From Candidatus Daviesbacteria bacterium (GTDB lineage Bacteria > Patescibacteriota > Microgenomatia > Daviesbacterales > UBA10151), in the NCBI GenBank assembly GCA_016432425.1, contig CP066688.1, forward strand, positions 642,619 through 706,618: 64,000 bases of DNA. Reading direction: 5' to 3'. The first letter of the stretch is position 1. The number at the start of each line of letters is the position of its first letter. The notes beneath the pieces are model-generated. The model made no database searches, was not told where the DNA came from, and saw only the letters and a list, made by a program, of their open reading frames with translations. Below, in pieces: positions 8,941-18,346 of the stretch. Both the position numbers and the translations under genes were made by a program.

Positions 8941-9507
8941 ATGGCATTAAATGTAAATGATTTAAGAAATGGCACCTTTTTTAAGGAAGGATCCAATATT
9001 TTTTTGGTTTTAACCTATGAGCACATCAAAACTGGTCGGGGATCCGGCAATATTAAACTAAAAGTCAGAAACGTCAGGAGTGGGGCCGTGGTGGAGAAAT
9101 CTTTTATTACCGGAGCTCGGGTGGAGGATGCTGCGGTAGAAAAGAAAAAGACTCAGTTTTTGTATAAAGATGGGGACTCCTTTAACTTTATGGATCCTAG
9201 TTCCTTTGAACAATTTTCCTTAAGCGATAATATTTTAGGGGATCAAGCTAAATATTTAAAAGACGGATTAGATGTTATCCTAATTGTAGGAGAGGGGGAG
9301 GCCTTGGGTATGGAGTTACCCTTAAGCCTAGTTTATACCATTGCTGAAACTGGCCCGGGAGAGCGTGGTAATACCGTTTCCAATGTTTACAAAGAGGCAA
9401 CCTTAGATAATGGTTTATCAGTTAAGGTTCCCATGTTTATAAAAGTAGGAGAAAAAGTAAAAATTGACACCCGTACCGGAGAGTATGTAGAGCGGGTTAA
9501 GAATTAA
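8941..9507 (+). CDS. efp: Elongation factor P
   Basis: MALNVNDLRNGTFFKEG...HIKTGRGSGNIKLKVRNVRSGAVVEKSF is the EF-P KOW/OB signature. The start was set at the ATG at 8941 rather than the upstream ORF ATG at 8887. Confidence 0.88.
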   Translation: MALNVNDLRNGTFFKEGSNIFLVLTYEHIKTGRGSGNIKLKVRNVRSGAVVEKSFITGARVEDAAVEKKKTQFLYKDGDSFNFMDPSSFEQFSLSDNILGDQAKYLKDGLDVILIVGEGEALGMELPLSLVYTIAETGPGERGNTVSNVYKEATLDNGLSVKVPMFIKVGEKVKIDTRTGEYVERVKN

Positions 9508-9955
9508 GCAGAGGATGAACGGCCTGCAACAGCAAAACTAATATCACCAAGGTGCTGACTTGAGTAACTATTCCCCAGGGAAGAACAGCTTTTCCCTGTA
9601 AATTATGTTGAATATTGTACATCCAGGAAAAAGGAGGGATCTTAAGATTAAATAGCCAATAAGGAGCTTCCATAATATCCCAGACTTCCGAGACAAACAC
9701 ACAAGCTAAGAAATATTTAAAATCCGTGTTAATTCCAAAAATAAAATAAGATAAAAATAAGCCTAAGCCTAGATCAAAAGCTGATTCCAAAAATAATTTA
9801 AGTTTGGATTTTTTTCTCCAACCCCAACCAAAATCCCAGTGGGGAATTAAATCTGCTAAAGGATGGCTGGCAAAAGATAGCGCTATTCCCAAGGGTTGGT
9901 TAGATACTCCGGAGGCAATTGCCCCTCCAATTAAAGCATGTGCTGTTGCAGTCAT
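9497..9955 (-). CDS. Hypothetical integral membrane protein
   Basis: 152 aa with multiple hydrophobic helices. Confidence 0.45.
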   Translation of the reverse strand: MTATAHALIGGAIASGVSNQPLGIALSFASHPLADLIPHWDFGWGWRKKSKLKLFLESAFDLGLGLFLSYFIFGINTDFKYFLACVFVSEVWDIMEAPYWLFNLKIPPFSWMYNIQHNLQGKAVLPWGIVTQVSTLVILVLLLQAVHPLLNS

Positions 9956-10044
9956 AATTTTTTGGACTAAACATTATTATAGCTACCCTAAATCAAGATG
10001 GCAAATTTGAAAGAGTTTCGCAATTCTGGTAGGCTACTTAGAGT

Positions 10045-10977
10045 ATGTTACCGGTGCTTTTTTCTTTGGGCAATTTATCTATTTCCTCTTTTGGCCTCTT
10101 TTTATCATTAGGGTTTCTGTACGGGGTCTTTTTAACCTGGAGGTTGTCTCGGGCTTGGGATATTAATGAAGAAAAAGTACTTGATTTGGTCTTATTAGTT
10201 TTTTTTGGGGGAATTTTAGGAGCGAGACTTTTATTTATTCTGGAACATTTAGAGTTTTTTTTAACTGATTTAACTAAAGTAATACTACTGATCAAATACC
10301 CGGGGTTTTCTTTTTGGGGAGGAATATTGGGAGGTTGGTTGGCTCTGTCAATTTTTGCCCGCCGTTTTAGATTGGATTTTTGGGCAATAGCGGATGTATT
10401 GGTAGTGGGACTGCTGGGAGGTTTGATTTTGGGTCAAATAGGTTGTTTGTTGGGCGGTTGTAATGTCGGAGTTGAATCTGAGCTATTTTTGGCGGTGCCC
10501 CAAGTAGGGGTAGTGGGGAAAAGATTACCCATTCAAGCTATTGAAGCCTTGATTTTAATATTAGTACTGCGGGATATTTGGAAAAAAGCTATTCATTTCC
10601 ACCCCCCTGGAAAAATAGTTTCTACAGCCTTTATTTATCTGGGGGTAGTCAAGTTAATGGCTGGTTTTTTAAAGGAGACTCATACCATAGAATGGGTTCT
10701 GGCACTGGTTTTAATTTTGGCAGGAGCAGTAATCTCCTATAAAATAAGCAAAAGACGACTTAAGTCCGATTGGAGATTGATTAGAAAAACTACACCTGCG
10801 CTAATTATAAATTCTCAAACTAGAGCTTATCTACTATCCAAAGCTTTAGAATTTTGTTATAATCAACTTAGCTCTTTTTTTAAAAATCAAAGAATTGAAT
10901 GGAGTTGGAGGTTAAAAGATATTAATAAACTTTTAAGAAAAATTCATGTTAAACCTACCCCGAAAAACTTTAATTAG
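10045..10977 (+). CDS. lgt: Prolipoprotein diacylglyceryl transferase-like membrane protein
   Basis: Polytopic membrane protein with Lgt-like G..LGARL / GQIGCLLGGCN regions. Confidence 0.6.
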   Translation: MLPVLFSLGNLSISSFGLFLSLGFLYGVFLTWRLSRAWDINEEKVLDLVLLVFFGGILGARLLFILEHLEFFLTDLTKVILLIKYPGFSFWGGILGGWLALSIFARRFRLDFWAIADVLVVGLLGGLILGQIGCLLGGCNVGVESELFLAVPQVGVVGKRLPIQAIEALILILVLRDIWKKAIHFHPPGKIVSTAFIYLGVVKLMAGFLKETHTIEWVLALVLILAGAVISYKISKRRLKSDWRLIRKTTPALIINSQTRAYLLSKALEFCYNQLSSFFKNQRIEWSWRLKDINKLLRKIHVKPTPKNFN

Positions 10978-11392
10978 GATTAAAAATCTACTGCAGCGTC
11001 AACAACGCGAAGTAGAGGAAAATATTGAAAAGGTGGAAAAAGATGATCCCACCAAAGATATCGCCTTGGCGGAAAGTAGCGAGCCGGGAACTGAATCCTG
11101 GATTGCTGAAGGGCATGCCAAGGCCATTGCTATAGCTAATGAACTAAAAAATGCAGCAGGAAATATTAAGTTAGCTTTAAGTAAAATTAGACAAGGTAAA
11201 TATGGTGTTTGTGAAAAGTGTGGTAAAAATATTGAACACCAACGCTTGTTAATAATTCCCACTACCCGTTACTGCATGGCTTGTTCCAAAATTAAGCATA
11301 AGCAGAGCTTGCCATCTGGTGATGGTAAGCAGAGCTTGCCATCTAACAATGGTAAACAGAACTCCTCTGCGAATAATCTGAATCACCGCTAG
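10946..11392 (+). CDS. DksA/TraR-family C4 zinc-finger protein with a repeat-encoded C-terminal tail
   Basis: CEKCGKNIEHQRLLIIPTTRYCMAC is the DksA/TraR zinc finger. The C-terminus KQSLPSGDGKQSLPSNNGKQ is encoded by the tandem 27-bp repeat units. Confidence 0.65.
   Translation: MLNLPRKTLIRIKNLLQRQQREVEENIEKVEKDDPTKDIALAESSEPGTESWIAEGHAKAIAIANELKNAAGNIKLALSKIRQGKYGVCEKCGKNIEHQRLLIIPTTRYCMACSKIKHKQSLPSGDGKQSLPSNNGKQNSSANNLNHR
11299..11352. repeat. Two tandem 27-bp units (TAAGCAGAGCTTGCCATCTGGTGATGG and TAAGCAGAGCTTGCCATCTAACAATGG) with degenerate flanks. They belong to the same family as the repeats at 6249 and 18254.
   Basis: Read from sequence. Unit A is identical to 18287-18313. Confidence 0.85.
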
Positions 11393-12151
11393 ATGAGCCT
11401 CCCTGTAGTTTTTGAAGATGAGTTTTTACTGGTTGTTGATAAACCTCCCGGATTGGTGACTACTCCCGGCGAAACTGTCAAGAGCAAATCCTTAGCGCAG
11501 ATACTTCAGGCTGATTTTGGTATAGATTTAGAGCGGGGAGGATTAGTTCATCGCCTGGATAAAGATACTTCCGGCCTGATTTTAGTAGCCAAAAATGCTC
11601 AAATTTTGGCGAGCTTACAAAATCAGTTTAAAAGTAGACAAGTCAAAAAACAGTATTTAGCCCTAGTTCATGGCAGCTTGAATGAGACTAGGATAGTAGA
11701 AGGTAGTATTGCCCGCAATCCCGGAAATAGAGAAAAATTTACCGTTTTAGCGGAAGGTAAGGAGGCTAAAACTGAAGTAGAACCATTAAAACAATTGACA
11801 ATGGATAGTGAACAATTGACAGAGATTTTTTCTGATTTTAACAAAATTCAAATGCGCAAACTAAGTAATCTTCACTACAGTAAATTTACTTTGACCTCCT
11901 GCCGGCCCCTAACTGGACGGACCCATCAAATTAGGGTACATTTAAAATATATTGGTTTTCCAATCGTGGCAGACCAAAAATATGGAGGCCGCAAAATGAA
12001 CCGTTTGGATAATAGATGGTGTCCCCGGATGTTTTTGCATGCTCATAAGCTAGAGTTTACTCATCCGGTTAACAGGGAGTGGATCAAATTAGAAACTGAG
12101 TTGCCGAAAGACTTAAAAAAAGTGTTGAACTTATTAGAGCTTAAAGCTTAG
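11393..12151 (+). CDS. RluA-family 23S rRNA/tRNA pseudouridine synthase
   Basis: HRLDKDTSGLILVAKN carries the catalytic Asp motif, and GRTHQIRVH is present. Confidence 0.85.
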   Translation: MSLPVVFEDEFLLVVDKPPGLVTTPGETVKSKSLAQILQADFGIDLERGGLVHRLDKDTSGLILVAKNAQILASLQNQFKSRQVKKQYLALVHGSLNETRIVEGSIARNPGNREKFTVLAEGKEAKTEVEPLKQLTMDSEQLTEIFSDFNKIQMRKLSNLHYSKFTLTSCRPLTGRTHQIRVHLKYIGFPIVADQKYGGRKMNRLDNRWCPRMFLHAHKLEFTHPVNREWIKLETELPKDLKKVLNLLELKA

Positions 12152-12160
12152 TCCAAAACA

Positions 12161-13867
12161 ATGGAAAATATCTTTATACAACTGGCGATAATTCTGGGTT
12201 TATCTTCACTGCTGGGATATATCGTCAGACTGTTTGATTTGCCTTTAATTATTGCTTATCTTTTTGGGGGGCTCTTACTTTCCAGCATCTCCCTTTGGGA
12301 TATTAAAACTTTTCAAACCCTATCATTTTTGCCGGAAATTGGCATAGCTTTTGTGCTTTTTCTAGTGGGGATGGAGCTGGATTTAAGAGAAATTAAGCAG
12401 TTGGGGAGGCCCATCTTTATTGCCGGGATTCTGCAGGTAATTATTACCTCAATTGCTGGAGCAAGTTTAGCCAGATTTTTAGGACTAGGGGAATGGGATT
12501 CAATTTATTTGGGTTTAGGGCTATCTTTTTCTTCAACGATTGTGGTCGTTAAACTGTTATTAGAAAAAAAAGAGCTGTCTTCTCTATATGGCAAATTATC
12601 CGTGGGGATTTTATTGCTGGAAGATTTATTAGCGGTGTTAGTCTTGCTTTGGCTTTCCAGTGCCAGCTCTTTTTTAAATTTAGGTTTAACTAACAGCTTA
12701 CCTATAGTTGCTTATTTAGCCAAAACTGCTGTGTTGTTTTTGACAGCATTACTATTTAACCGTTACTTAATCCCCAAAATTTTTAAGGCAGTATCGCTTT
12801 CTTCTGAACTACTGTTTTTAACCGCTCTATCCTGGTGTTTTATCTATGTTTCCCTTTCTGTAGTGCTGGGTTTCTCCATTGTGGTGGGGGCCTTTTTAGC
12901 CGGTATTACTTTGGCCACCTCACCTTATCATTTTCAAATTCAAAGTAAAGTGAAACCCTTACGCGATTTCTTCCTCACCTTATTTTTTGTCTATCTGGGA
13001 ACACAGGTAGATTTTAATTACATGGCGTCTTCCGCCCACTTAATTTTATTTTTCACCCTCTATGCGGTGTTGCTTAAGCCCATTATATTTTTGTTAATTT
13101 TAGGGACTTTTGGATTTAGAAAGCATACCATGTTCCAGGTAGCGATAAATTTATCCCAAATTTCCGAGTTTTCCCTGATTATTATCTTGGTGGGATTGCA
13201 AGCTAATTTAGTCTCACCACAATCTTTAACCATTATTTCCGCGGCGGCAGTTTTGTCCATGATTATTTCTTCCCTAGAGATTGCGCATGCCAATATAATT
13301 TATAAATTGTTATCAGGAGTAATCACTTTTTTTGAAAGAAAAAATTTCCACTTTCCTCTGGAAGGGGAGCGAGATGGAGAAGTGAGCGACCATGTAGTGT
13401 TAATCGGGGGGCATCGTGTCGGTGGAGAAGTGGTTAAATTTTTACAAAAGGAAAAAATTGCCACGGTAGTGCTGGATTTTAATCCCCGCCAAGTAGAAGC
13501 TCTAAAAAAAGCTAAAGTCAGGGCAGTTTATGGGGACATGACTGATCCGGAAATGTTGGATAGTTTAAACTTACCCAGTGCCAAACTACTAATTTCTACT
13601 TCTCCCAGCGTGGATGATAACTTGTTTTTACTCTCGCAGCTTAAAGAACGCAAATTAGATTTACCGGTGATTATGAGAGCGGAGACAATTGTAGAGGCCG
13701 GACAGTTGTATAAAAAAGGAGCTGATCTGGTTATTTTGCCGGAGATTTTAGCCGGAGATTTTTTGGTGGAAAAATTAAGTACCCATTTTTATGATAAAGG
13801 TTTTTTTAAAGACCGCGCCAGAATTGAACTGGAAAAACTCTCGCACAGCTCTTTAAGCTTAGACTAA
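12161..13867 (+). CDS. CPA2-family cation/proton antiporter with a C-terminal RCK/TrkA-N domain (KefB/KefC-like)
   Basis: About 12 TM helices are followed by VLIGGHRVGGEVVKFL...VVLDFNP...VYGDMTD, a Rossmann-type TrkA-N domain. Confidence 0.8.
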   Translation: MENIFIQLAIILGLSSLLGYIVRLFDLPLIIAYLFGGLLLSSISLWDIKTFQTLSFLPEIGIAFVLFLVGMELDLREIKQLGRPIFIAGILQVIITSIAGASLARFLGLGEWDSIYLGLGLSFSSTIVVVKLLLEKKELSSLYGKLSVGILLLEDLLAVLVLLWLSSASSFLNLGLTNSLPIVAYLAKTAVLFLTALLFNRYLIPKIFKAVSLSSELLFLTALSWCFIYVSLSVVLGFSIVVGAFLAGITLATSPYHFQIQSKVKPLRDFFLTLFFVYLGTQVDFNYMASSAHLILFFTLYAVLLKPIIFLLILGTFGFRKHTMFQVAINLSQISEFSLIIILVGLQANLVSPQSLTIISAAAVLSMIISSLEIAHANIIYKLLSGVITFFERKNFHFPLEGERDGEVSDHVVLIGGHRVGGEVVKFLQKEKIATVVLDFNPRQVEALKKAKVRAVYGDMTDPEMLDSLNLPSAKLLISTSPSVDDNLFLLSQLKERKLDLPVIMRAETIVEAGQLYKKGADLVILPEILAGDFLVEKLSTHFYDKGFFKDRARIELEKLSHSSLSLD

Positions 13868-13907
13868 CTTTTGCTTCAAATACTTTAAGTTTGTTAAACT
13901 TCTGAAG

Positions 13908-15146
13908 ATGCATTTTAAGATTTTACATCAATCAGGAAAAGCCAGAGTAGGGAAGTTAACCACTTCTCATGGGGTAGTGGAAACTCCCAATTTTTTACCG
14001 GTAGCAACTTTAGCAGCAATTAAGGGAGTTTCCCCGGTCGACTTAGAGAGCCTTGGAGCTCAAGTTTTAATGACTAATACTTACCATCTAAGTTTGCAAC
14101 CGGGAGAAAAAACTATCCAAAAATTGGGCGGATTACATAAATTTATGGGTTGGAGTAGACCTTTAATGACTGACTCAGGGGGTTTCCAGGTTTTTTCTTT
14201 GGGGGTAGGGTTAGAGAGTGGGGAGGGAAAAGTGTTAAAGGAAGTAGAGAATGAGGACTTTGGTAAAAGAGGTAGCGTGAGACTTGCTAAAGTAACAGAA
14301 GATGGTGTAACTTTTCAATCCCATATTGATGGCTCCAAACATTTTTTGGGCCCGGAAGAATCTATTAAAATTCAACATCAGCTGGGCGCGGATCTAATGG
14401 TGGCATTTGATGATCATGAGTCTGCTACGATGAGCTATGATCAGATACAAAAATCTTTGGAACTGACAGAAATTTGGGGACTGATAAGCTTAAAAGAGTA
14501 TCGCAAAAGAATAGGTGTCAAGCTATCCCACCCTCCAGGTGGAAACGTAGCTACACCTGGACTTTATGGGGTGGTTCATGGTGGGTTGCATAAAGATTTA
14601 AGGATAAGATCGGCAAAGTTTACTGATAAAAATTTTGAAGCTATTGCCATTGGCGGAATTTATGGTACACGATCACAGCTTTATAAAATTGTGGAATGGG
14701 TAACTGGTGCTGTTTCGGATGAAAAGGTCAGACACTTGCTGGGTATAGGTGAAATTGTCGATTTATTTAATGCCATAGAACGGGGTGTAGATCTGTTTGA
14801 TTGCATCTCACCTACGAGACGGGCCCGTAATGGTTCCCTTTATGTTTCACCTGAGGCTCAAGTATATTCAACTAGAGCTCAATATAGAGAGCGCAATTTT
14901 ACTGTTAATATTAAAGCACGTAGGTTCGCTGATGACAAGCAGCCACTTGATCCCAGTTGCAAATGTTCTACTTGTGAAAATTTTTCCCGGGCTTATTTGA
15001 ATCATTTATATAGAAGCGGAGAAATTCTTTATCATCAGTTAGCCACTGTTCACAACCTGGCTTTTATTATTAATTTGATGAGAGAGATTAGATTTGCCAT
15101 TAAAGCCAATAATTTAGGAAAACTTAAAAAAAGATGGTTAGGCTAA
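13908..15146 (+). CDS. tgt: Queuine tRNA-ribosyltransferase
   Basis: GVVETPNFLPVAT and LMTDSGGFQVFSL match Tgt, and the zinc site CxCxxC...H is present (DPSCKCSTCENF...NHLY). The protein is 412 aa and carries internal insertions. Confidence 0.9.
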   Translation: MHFKILHQSGKARVGKLTTSHGVVETPNFLPVATLAAIKGVSPVDLESLGAQVLMTNTYHLSLQPGEKTIQKLGGLHKFMGWSRPLMTDSGGFQVFSLGVGLESGEGKVLKEVENEDFGKRGSVRLAKVTEDGVTFQSHIDGSKHFLGPEESIKIQHQLGADLMVAFDDHESATMSYDQIQKSLELTEIWGLISLKEYRKRIGVKLSHPPGGNVATPGLYGVVHGGLHKDLRIRSAKFTDKNFEAIAIGGIYGTRSQLYKIVEWVTGAVSDEKVRHLLGIGEIVDLFNAIERGVDLFDCISPTRRARNGSLYVSPEAQVYSTRAQYRERNFTVNIKARRFADDKQPLDPSCKCSTCENFSRAYLNHLYRSGEILYHQLATVHNLAFIINLMREIRFAIKANNLGKLKKRWLG

Positions 15147-15182
15147 AAGGCGAAGGTTGTATATTCTACGCAACCTTCGCCT
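15145..15182 (-). terminator. Terminator hairpin (11-bp stem GGCGAAGGTTG / CAACCTTCGCC, 11-nt loop) with a T-run on the minus strand. It likely also serves convergent tgt.
   Basis: A perfect inverted repeat read from sequence. TTTT follows on the minus strand immediately downstream of CDS 15193..15456. Confidence 0.6.
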
Positions 15183-15192
15183 TAAAATATTT

Positions 15193-15456
15193 TTATGCAG
15201 GTGTTTCTGCAGGTGCTGCAGGGGGACAGTTGCATTCTCCCTCCGGCATGGTACAGGTTGCACAATTGCCGTCTGCTACATCTCCACTACATTTGACACA
15301 TTTAACAACTTTTGGCTCTTCTGTCTTGGCGCTGTCTTCCAAAGGAGCAGCGAAAGGAGTGGAAATTCCGGCTGGAGCGGTTGAGGCATTAGTTTCATCC
15401 ACTGGAGTAGAATTGACAGGGTCATTACCCTGGTTATTGTTATTAGGATCATCCAT
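15193..15456 (-). CDS. Small acidic Cys-rich protein (87 aa), a possible metal-binding protein
   Basis: A perfect SD (AAGGAGGTGA) sits 6 nt upstream of the ATG. The C-terminal Cys cluster reads CVKCSGDVADGNCATCTMPEGECNCPP. The overlapping + strand ORFs are disfavoured because they run through the terminator. Confidence 0.6.
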   Translation of the reverse strand: MDDPNNNNQGNDPVNSTPVDETNASTAPAGISTPFAAPLEDSAKTEEPKVVKCVKCSGDVADGNCATCTMPEGECNCPPAAPAETPA

Positions 15457-15511
15457 TTTTTATCACCTCCTTATACTTTAAGTTTAAAGATTACTTGATA
15501 ATATAGTCAAG

Positions 15512-15700
15512 TTGTTGCTTTTGCCAGGAAGTTGTCAGTACAATGGAATTATGCGCAAAGTTTTTGCAGCCGCTTTTTTTATCATCGGCCTAATTTTAAG
15601 TTTGGCTGGGTTGGGACTAATTACCGTTTCTTCCCAACTATTACTCTATCTGGGGCTGGTTTTGGTAATTTTATCGGCTGTATTTTTCATTAGAAGCTAG
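15512..15700 (+). CDS. Small hypothetical membrane protein (2 TM)
   Basis: ORF plus hydrophobicity only. Confidence 0.35.
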   Translation: MLLLPGSCQYNGIMRKVFAAAFFIIGLILSLAGLGLITVSSQLLLYLGLVLVILSAVFFIRS

Positions 15701-15709
15701 GCAAAATTT

Positions 15710-16735
15710 ATGACGCGATCTGCCCATCGCCGCAGCTGGAAAGCTACGGAACAAAACCGTAAACTACATCAAAAAACAAAGCTGGCAATAGCAATTTTAA
15801 TTATTTTAATTTTAAGTTTGCTATTTGGCAAAATAGCCATTTTTCTTAAAAGTTTTCAGCAACCTTTTTCCCAAGAAGAAAGCACTAAAAACTATACTTG
15901 GAATGGTAAGTCTAATATTAATTTAATCATTACTGGCAAAACTTTAGCTGTGCTCACTTATAAAAAAGTGGAGCAGGAGATTTTTTTAATCAAAATTCCC
16001 CCCCACAGTTATCTTAATCTGCCGCAAAATTTAGGATCCTGGCCACTATCTTCTGTTTATGATTTAGGTCAAAGTTTAAAGCCTCCTCAGGGTTCCTATT
16101 TACTTAAAACCTCTGTCAGTAATTTAATGGGTATCCCGATTGATGGTTTTGTCGGTAAGGAGAACCAAACCCCGGTAGAGCTTTTGGAAAGTTTACGCCA
16201 AAATCCTTTAAAAACACTAACTTTAGTACCGACTCTCAAGACTGATTTAAGCTTACCGGAACTAATCTCCCTAAGTACTAGTTTGCCTCAAGTAAGATTT
16301 GATAAAGTACAAACCTTAGATTTGGAAGATTTAATGATTCCGGCGGAGTTGCCAGACGGGACTTTAAGCTTAACCGGTGATTCAATAAAAATAGATTCTT
16401 TAACTAATAAATTGGCAGAAGCCAGCTTCCGCAAAGAGGGTTTGACTATTGCTATTTATAATGGCACTTCTACTGTGGGTCTGGCTGGAAAAGCTGCCAG
16501 GATGGTAACTAATCTGGGGGGAAATGTGATTATTTTGAGCAGTTTAGAGGAAAATCAGGCCAAAAGCGGAGTGTATTTATCTACTGCCGACGAGAAAAAA
16601 CTCAAACTGACTGAGACTTTTAAGAGGCTAGTTCAAATTTTTGGGCTACGTGCTACAATACTACCGGAGGAACTACGGTCTTCCCGGGCCCAAATTAATG
16701 TGGTACTGGGGGAAGATTTTGCCCAAAGATTTTAA
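15710..16735 (+). CDS. LytR-CpsA-Psr (LCP) family protein with an N-terminal TM and a C-terminal LytR_C-like domain
   Basis: NINLIITGKT...IFLIKIPPHSY...SVSNLMGIPIDGFV is an LCP-domain pattern. The C-terminal segment GTSTVGLAGKAARMVTNLGGNVIILSS...RAQINVVLGEDF is LytR_C-like. Confidence 0.55.
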   Translation: MTRSAHRRSWKATEQNRKLHQKTKLAIAILIILILSLLFGKIAIFLKSFQQPFSQEESTKNYTWNGKSNINLIITGKTLAVLTYKKVEQEIFLIKIPPHSYLNLPQNLGSWPLSSVYDLGQSLKPPQGSYLLKTSVSNLMGIPIDGFVGKENQTPVELLESLRQNPLKTLTLVPTLKTDLSLPELISLSTSLPQVRFDKVQTLDLEDLMIPAELPDGTLSLTGDSIKIDSLTNKLAEASFRKEGLTIAIYNGTSTVGLAGKAARMVTNLGGNVIILSSLEENQAKSGVYLSTADEKKLKLTETFKRLVQIFGLRATILPEELRSSRAQINVVLGEDFAQRF

Positions 16736-16738
16736 ACC

Positions 16739-17455
16739 TTGATGGTTATTTTTTGGCTGCTACTTTTTATAATAATTGTGATTGTTTCCTTTCTGTTATC
16801 TTATCAGTCAATGCGGAATTTCCAGGAAGCGCCTCGTCAAACCGGTAAAGATTATAGTTTATTTCTAATCCGCAATTTATCTGCTTTAAATACTAAACTG
16901 CTGGAGGAGTTACACTCTGAATTTCTAAAAAAGGCAGCTTTTATCAGCTTAGAGAGGCTCACCAAGGGTAATAAAGTGGCCTTAGTCATCTATGGACCTA
17001 AGAAAATTTTACAGCAATTCCAAAGTGAACTTAATTTATTGGAACTGGAGGATTATACCAGGAAATACTTGCAAGAAAATTTATTTCCCAAGGAAAGAAG
17101 GTCCCCTTCATTAGTTTTTGAAATGGCCAAGAAAAAACAATTGATTGGGGGTGAGGTTTTCACTGGTTTGCCAAACTTAAAAGAAACGGAACAATTTTGG
17201 TGGCAGCTAATTTTCCAGCCTAAAAATGTGCAGAAAAAAAAGATCTTTGTAGGGCAGATAAGAGTGGGGCTAATTTTAAACCAAGATCAGACAGAACTAA
17301 TTGACCAGTTTGAATCCCTGGCTGGAGGGAAGCTGCTTAAAGCTCCTCGCCCCTACAGCAGGGAGCAAATGCGGCTAATGCTACTCAACAGAACTTTGAA
17401 TTTTGCCCATGCCCAAAAGTTCGAGATTCCAGAAGTGCTATCTTTGCTGGGATAA
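16739..17455 (+). CDS. Hypothetical protein with an N-terminal TM helix
   Basis: 238-aa ORF lying 4 bp after the previous gene. Confidence 0.5.
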   Translation: MMVIFWLLLFIIIVIVSFLLSYQSMRNFQEAPRQTGKDYSLFLIRNLSALNTKLLEELHSEFLKKAAFISLERLTKGNKVALVIYGPKKILQQFQSELNLLELEDYTRKYLQENLFPKERRSPSLVFEMAKKKQLIGGEVFTGLPNLKETEQFWWQLIFQPKNVQKKKIFVGQIRVGLILNQDQTELIDQFESLAGGKLLKAPRPYSREQMRLMLLNRTLNFAHAQKFEIPEVLSLLG

Positions 17456-17460
17456 TTAAA

Positions 17461-18195
17461 TTAAATTTCTGCTTCTTCTAGCTCTTCGGAGTCGTCACTA
17501 TCTTCATCAGCCAGATCATCAATTTTGGTAGCGGAGAGCATATCAATATTGGAGCCGCGCTGGCTGGAATCTAAGAATGAGGGTTGGTTGTGAAATCTTT
17601 TACTGCGAAAAACCTCTTTAATCAAAACAATCAAGCCGTTAACCTTGACAGCTTTAATAAAAATTTCATATTTATTACCTCCTTTAGTTAATCTTAAAAT
17701 ATGATGGGAGACATCATCAGGCAAAACTCCTAGATACCCTCCGGAGAGAGTAGCCACAGTCACTCCTCGATTTTTAACCACCATATTAACTTGCATCCCG
17801 GGATAAACTTGAGATAATTTTTGTGGCTCTGCTACTTTTAATAGATTAACCACTTTAGTTTTTCCTGGTTCTTGTAAAAATAAAGAGGAAGAAATTTTGC
17901 CGGAGGTAGTAGGTAATAACTGTTTTCCGTCAGCTTTGGTAGCTTTTAAAATCTTTAAGTTTTTAGCGGCAATCGGGTTATAAGGATCATATTTTAAAGT
18001 AGCGCTATAATATTTTTTTGCTAAAGTATAATTACCGGTTTCAAAATAAGCCTTGGCCAACCTGTTAAGAGCATCAATAGATTGGGGATCAACTTTTAAG
18101 ATTTCTTTATTAATTTTGATGGCGGTTTCCCAGTGAGAATTTAGGGCAGCTTGAATGGCTGCTTGGTGCAGATTAGACGGGAGAGGATCGCTCAT
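17461..18195 (-). CDS. TPR-repeat protein. The start is set at the internal ATG at 18195; the ORF stays open upstream through the repeat array to 18375.
   Basis: TPR-like helices (ALNRLAKAYFETGNYTLAKKYYSATLKYDPYNPIAAKNL). The upstream in-frame extension would encode ...ASSAYPEHGEWASFAYP from the repeats. Confidence 0.6.
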   Translation of the reverse strand: MSDPLPSNLHQAAIQAALNSHWETAIKINKEILKVDPQSIDALNRLAKAYFETGNYTLAKKYYSATLKYDPYNPIAAKNLKILKATKADGKQLLPTTSGKISSSLFLQEPGKTKVVNLLKVAEPQKLSQVYPGMQVNMVVKNRGVTVATLSGGYLGVLPDDVSHHILRLTKGGNKYEIFIKAVKVNGLIVLIKEVFRSKRFHNQPSFLDSSQRGSNIDMLSATKIDDLADEDSDDSEELEEAEI

Positions 18196-18253
18196 TGGCC
18201 AAAAGTATAGAAGTAAGGTAGTTGACTTGTCAATATTTTGGCCATTATTTGGG

Positions 18254-18346
18254 TAAGCAAAGCTTGCCCATTCACCATGTTCAGGGTAAGCAGAGCTTGC
18301 CATCTGGTGATGGTAAGCAGAGCTTGCCTCCGCCAGCTGGCGGATG
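18254..18346. repeat. Three tandem units (33, 27 and 33 nt) with a shared head TAAGCA[A/G]AGCTTGCC and variable, partly palindromic tails. Unit 1 is the reverse complement of the 6249 unit.
   Basis: Read from sequence. The tail CCGCCAGCTGGCGG is a perfect palindrome. The array lies in the divergent intergenic region between the TPR gene and yebC. Confidence 0.85.

Noticed and set aside
10038-10295. The 85-aa minus-strand Lys-rich ORF
   Set aside because: It is antisense to the lgt N-terminal region, and its basic low-complexity translation is typical of AT-rich antisense frames.
15134-15481. The 115-aa and 75-aa plus-strand ORFs overlapping the small Cys-rich gene
   Set aside because: They run through the 11-bp-stem terminator hairpin that follows tgt. 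They have no SD and a low-complexity Ala/Gly composition. The opposite-strand ORF, by contrast, has a perfect SD and its own terminator.
6249-18346. Whether the TAAGCARAGCTTGCC-headed tandem units are short CRISPR arrays
   Set aside because: The units are only 27-33 nt in total, with a 15-nt conserved part and a 12-18-nt variable part. They abut without spacers of CRISPR size. There are only 2-3 units per locus. Every array is in frame with, or inside, a protein-coding ORF. No cas genes are present in the window.
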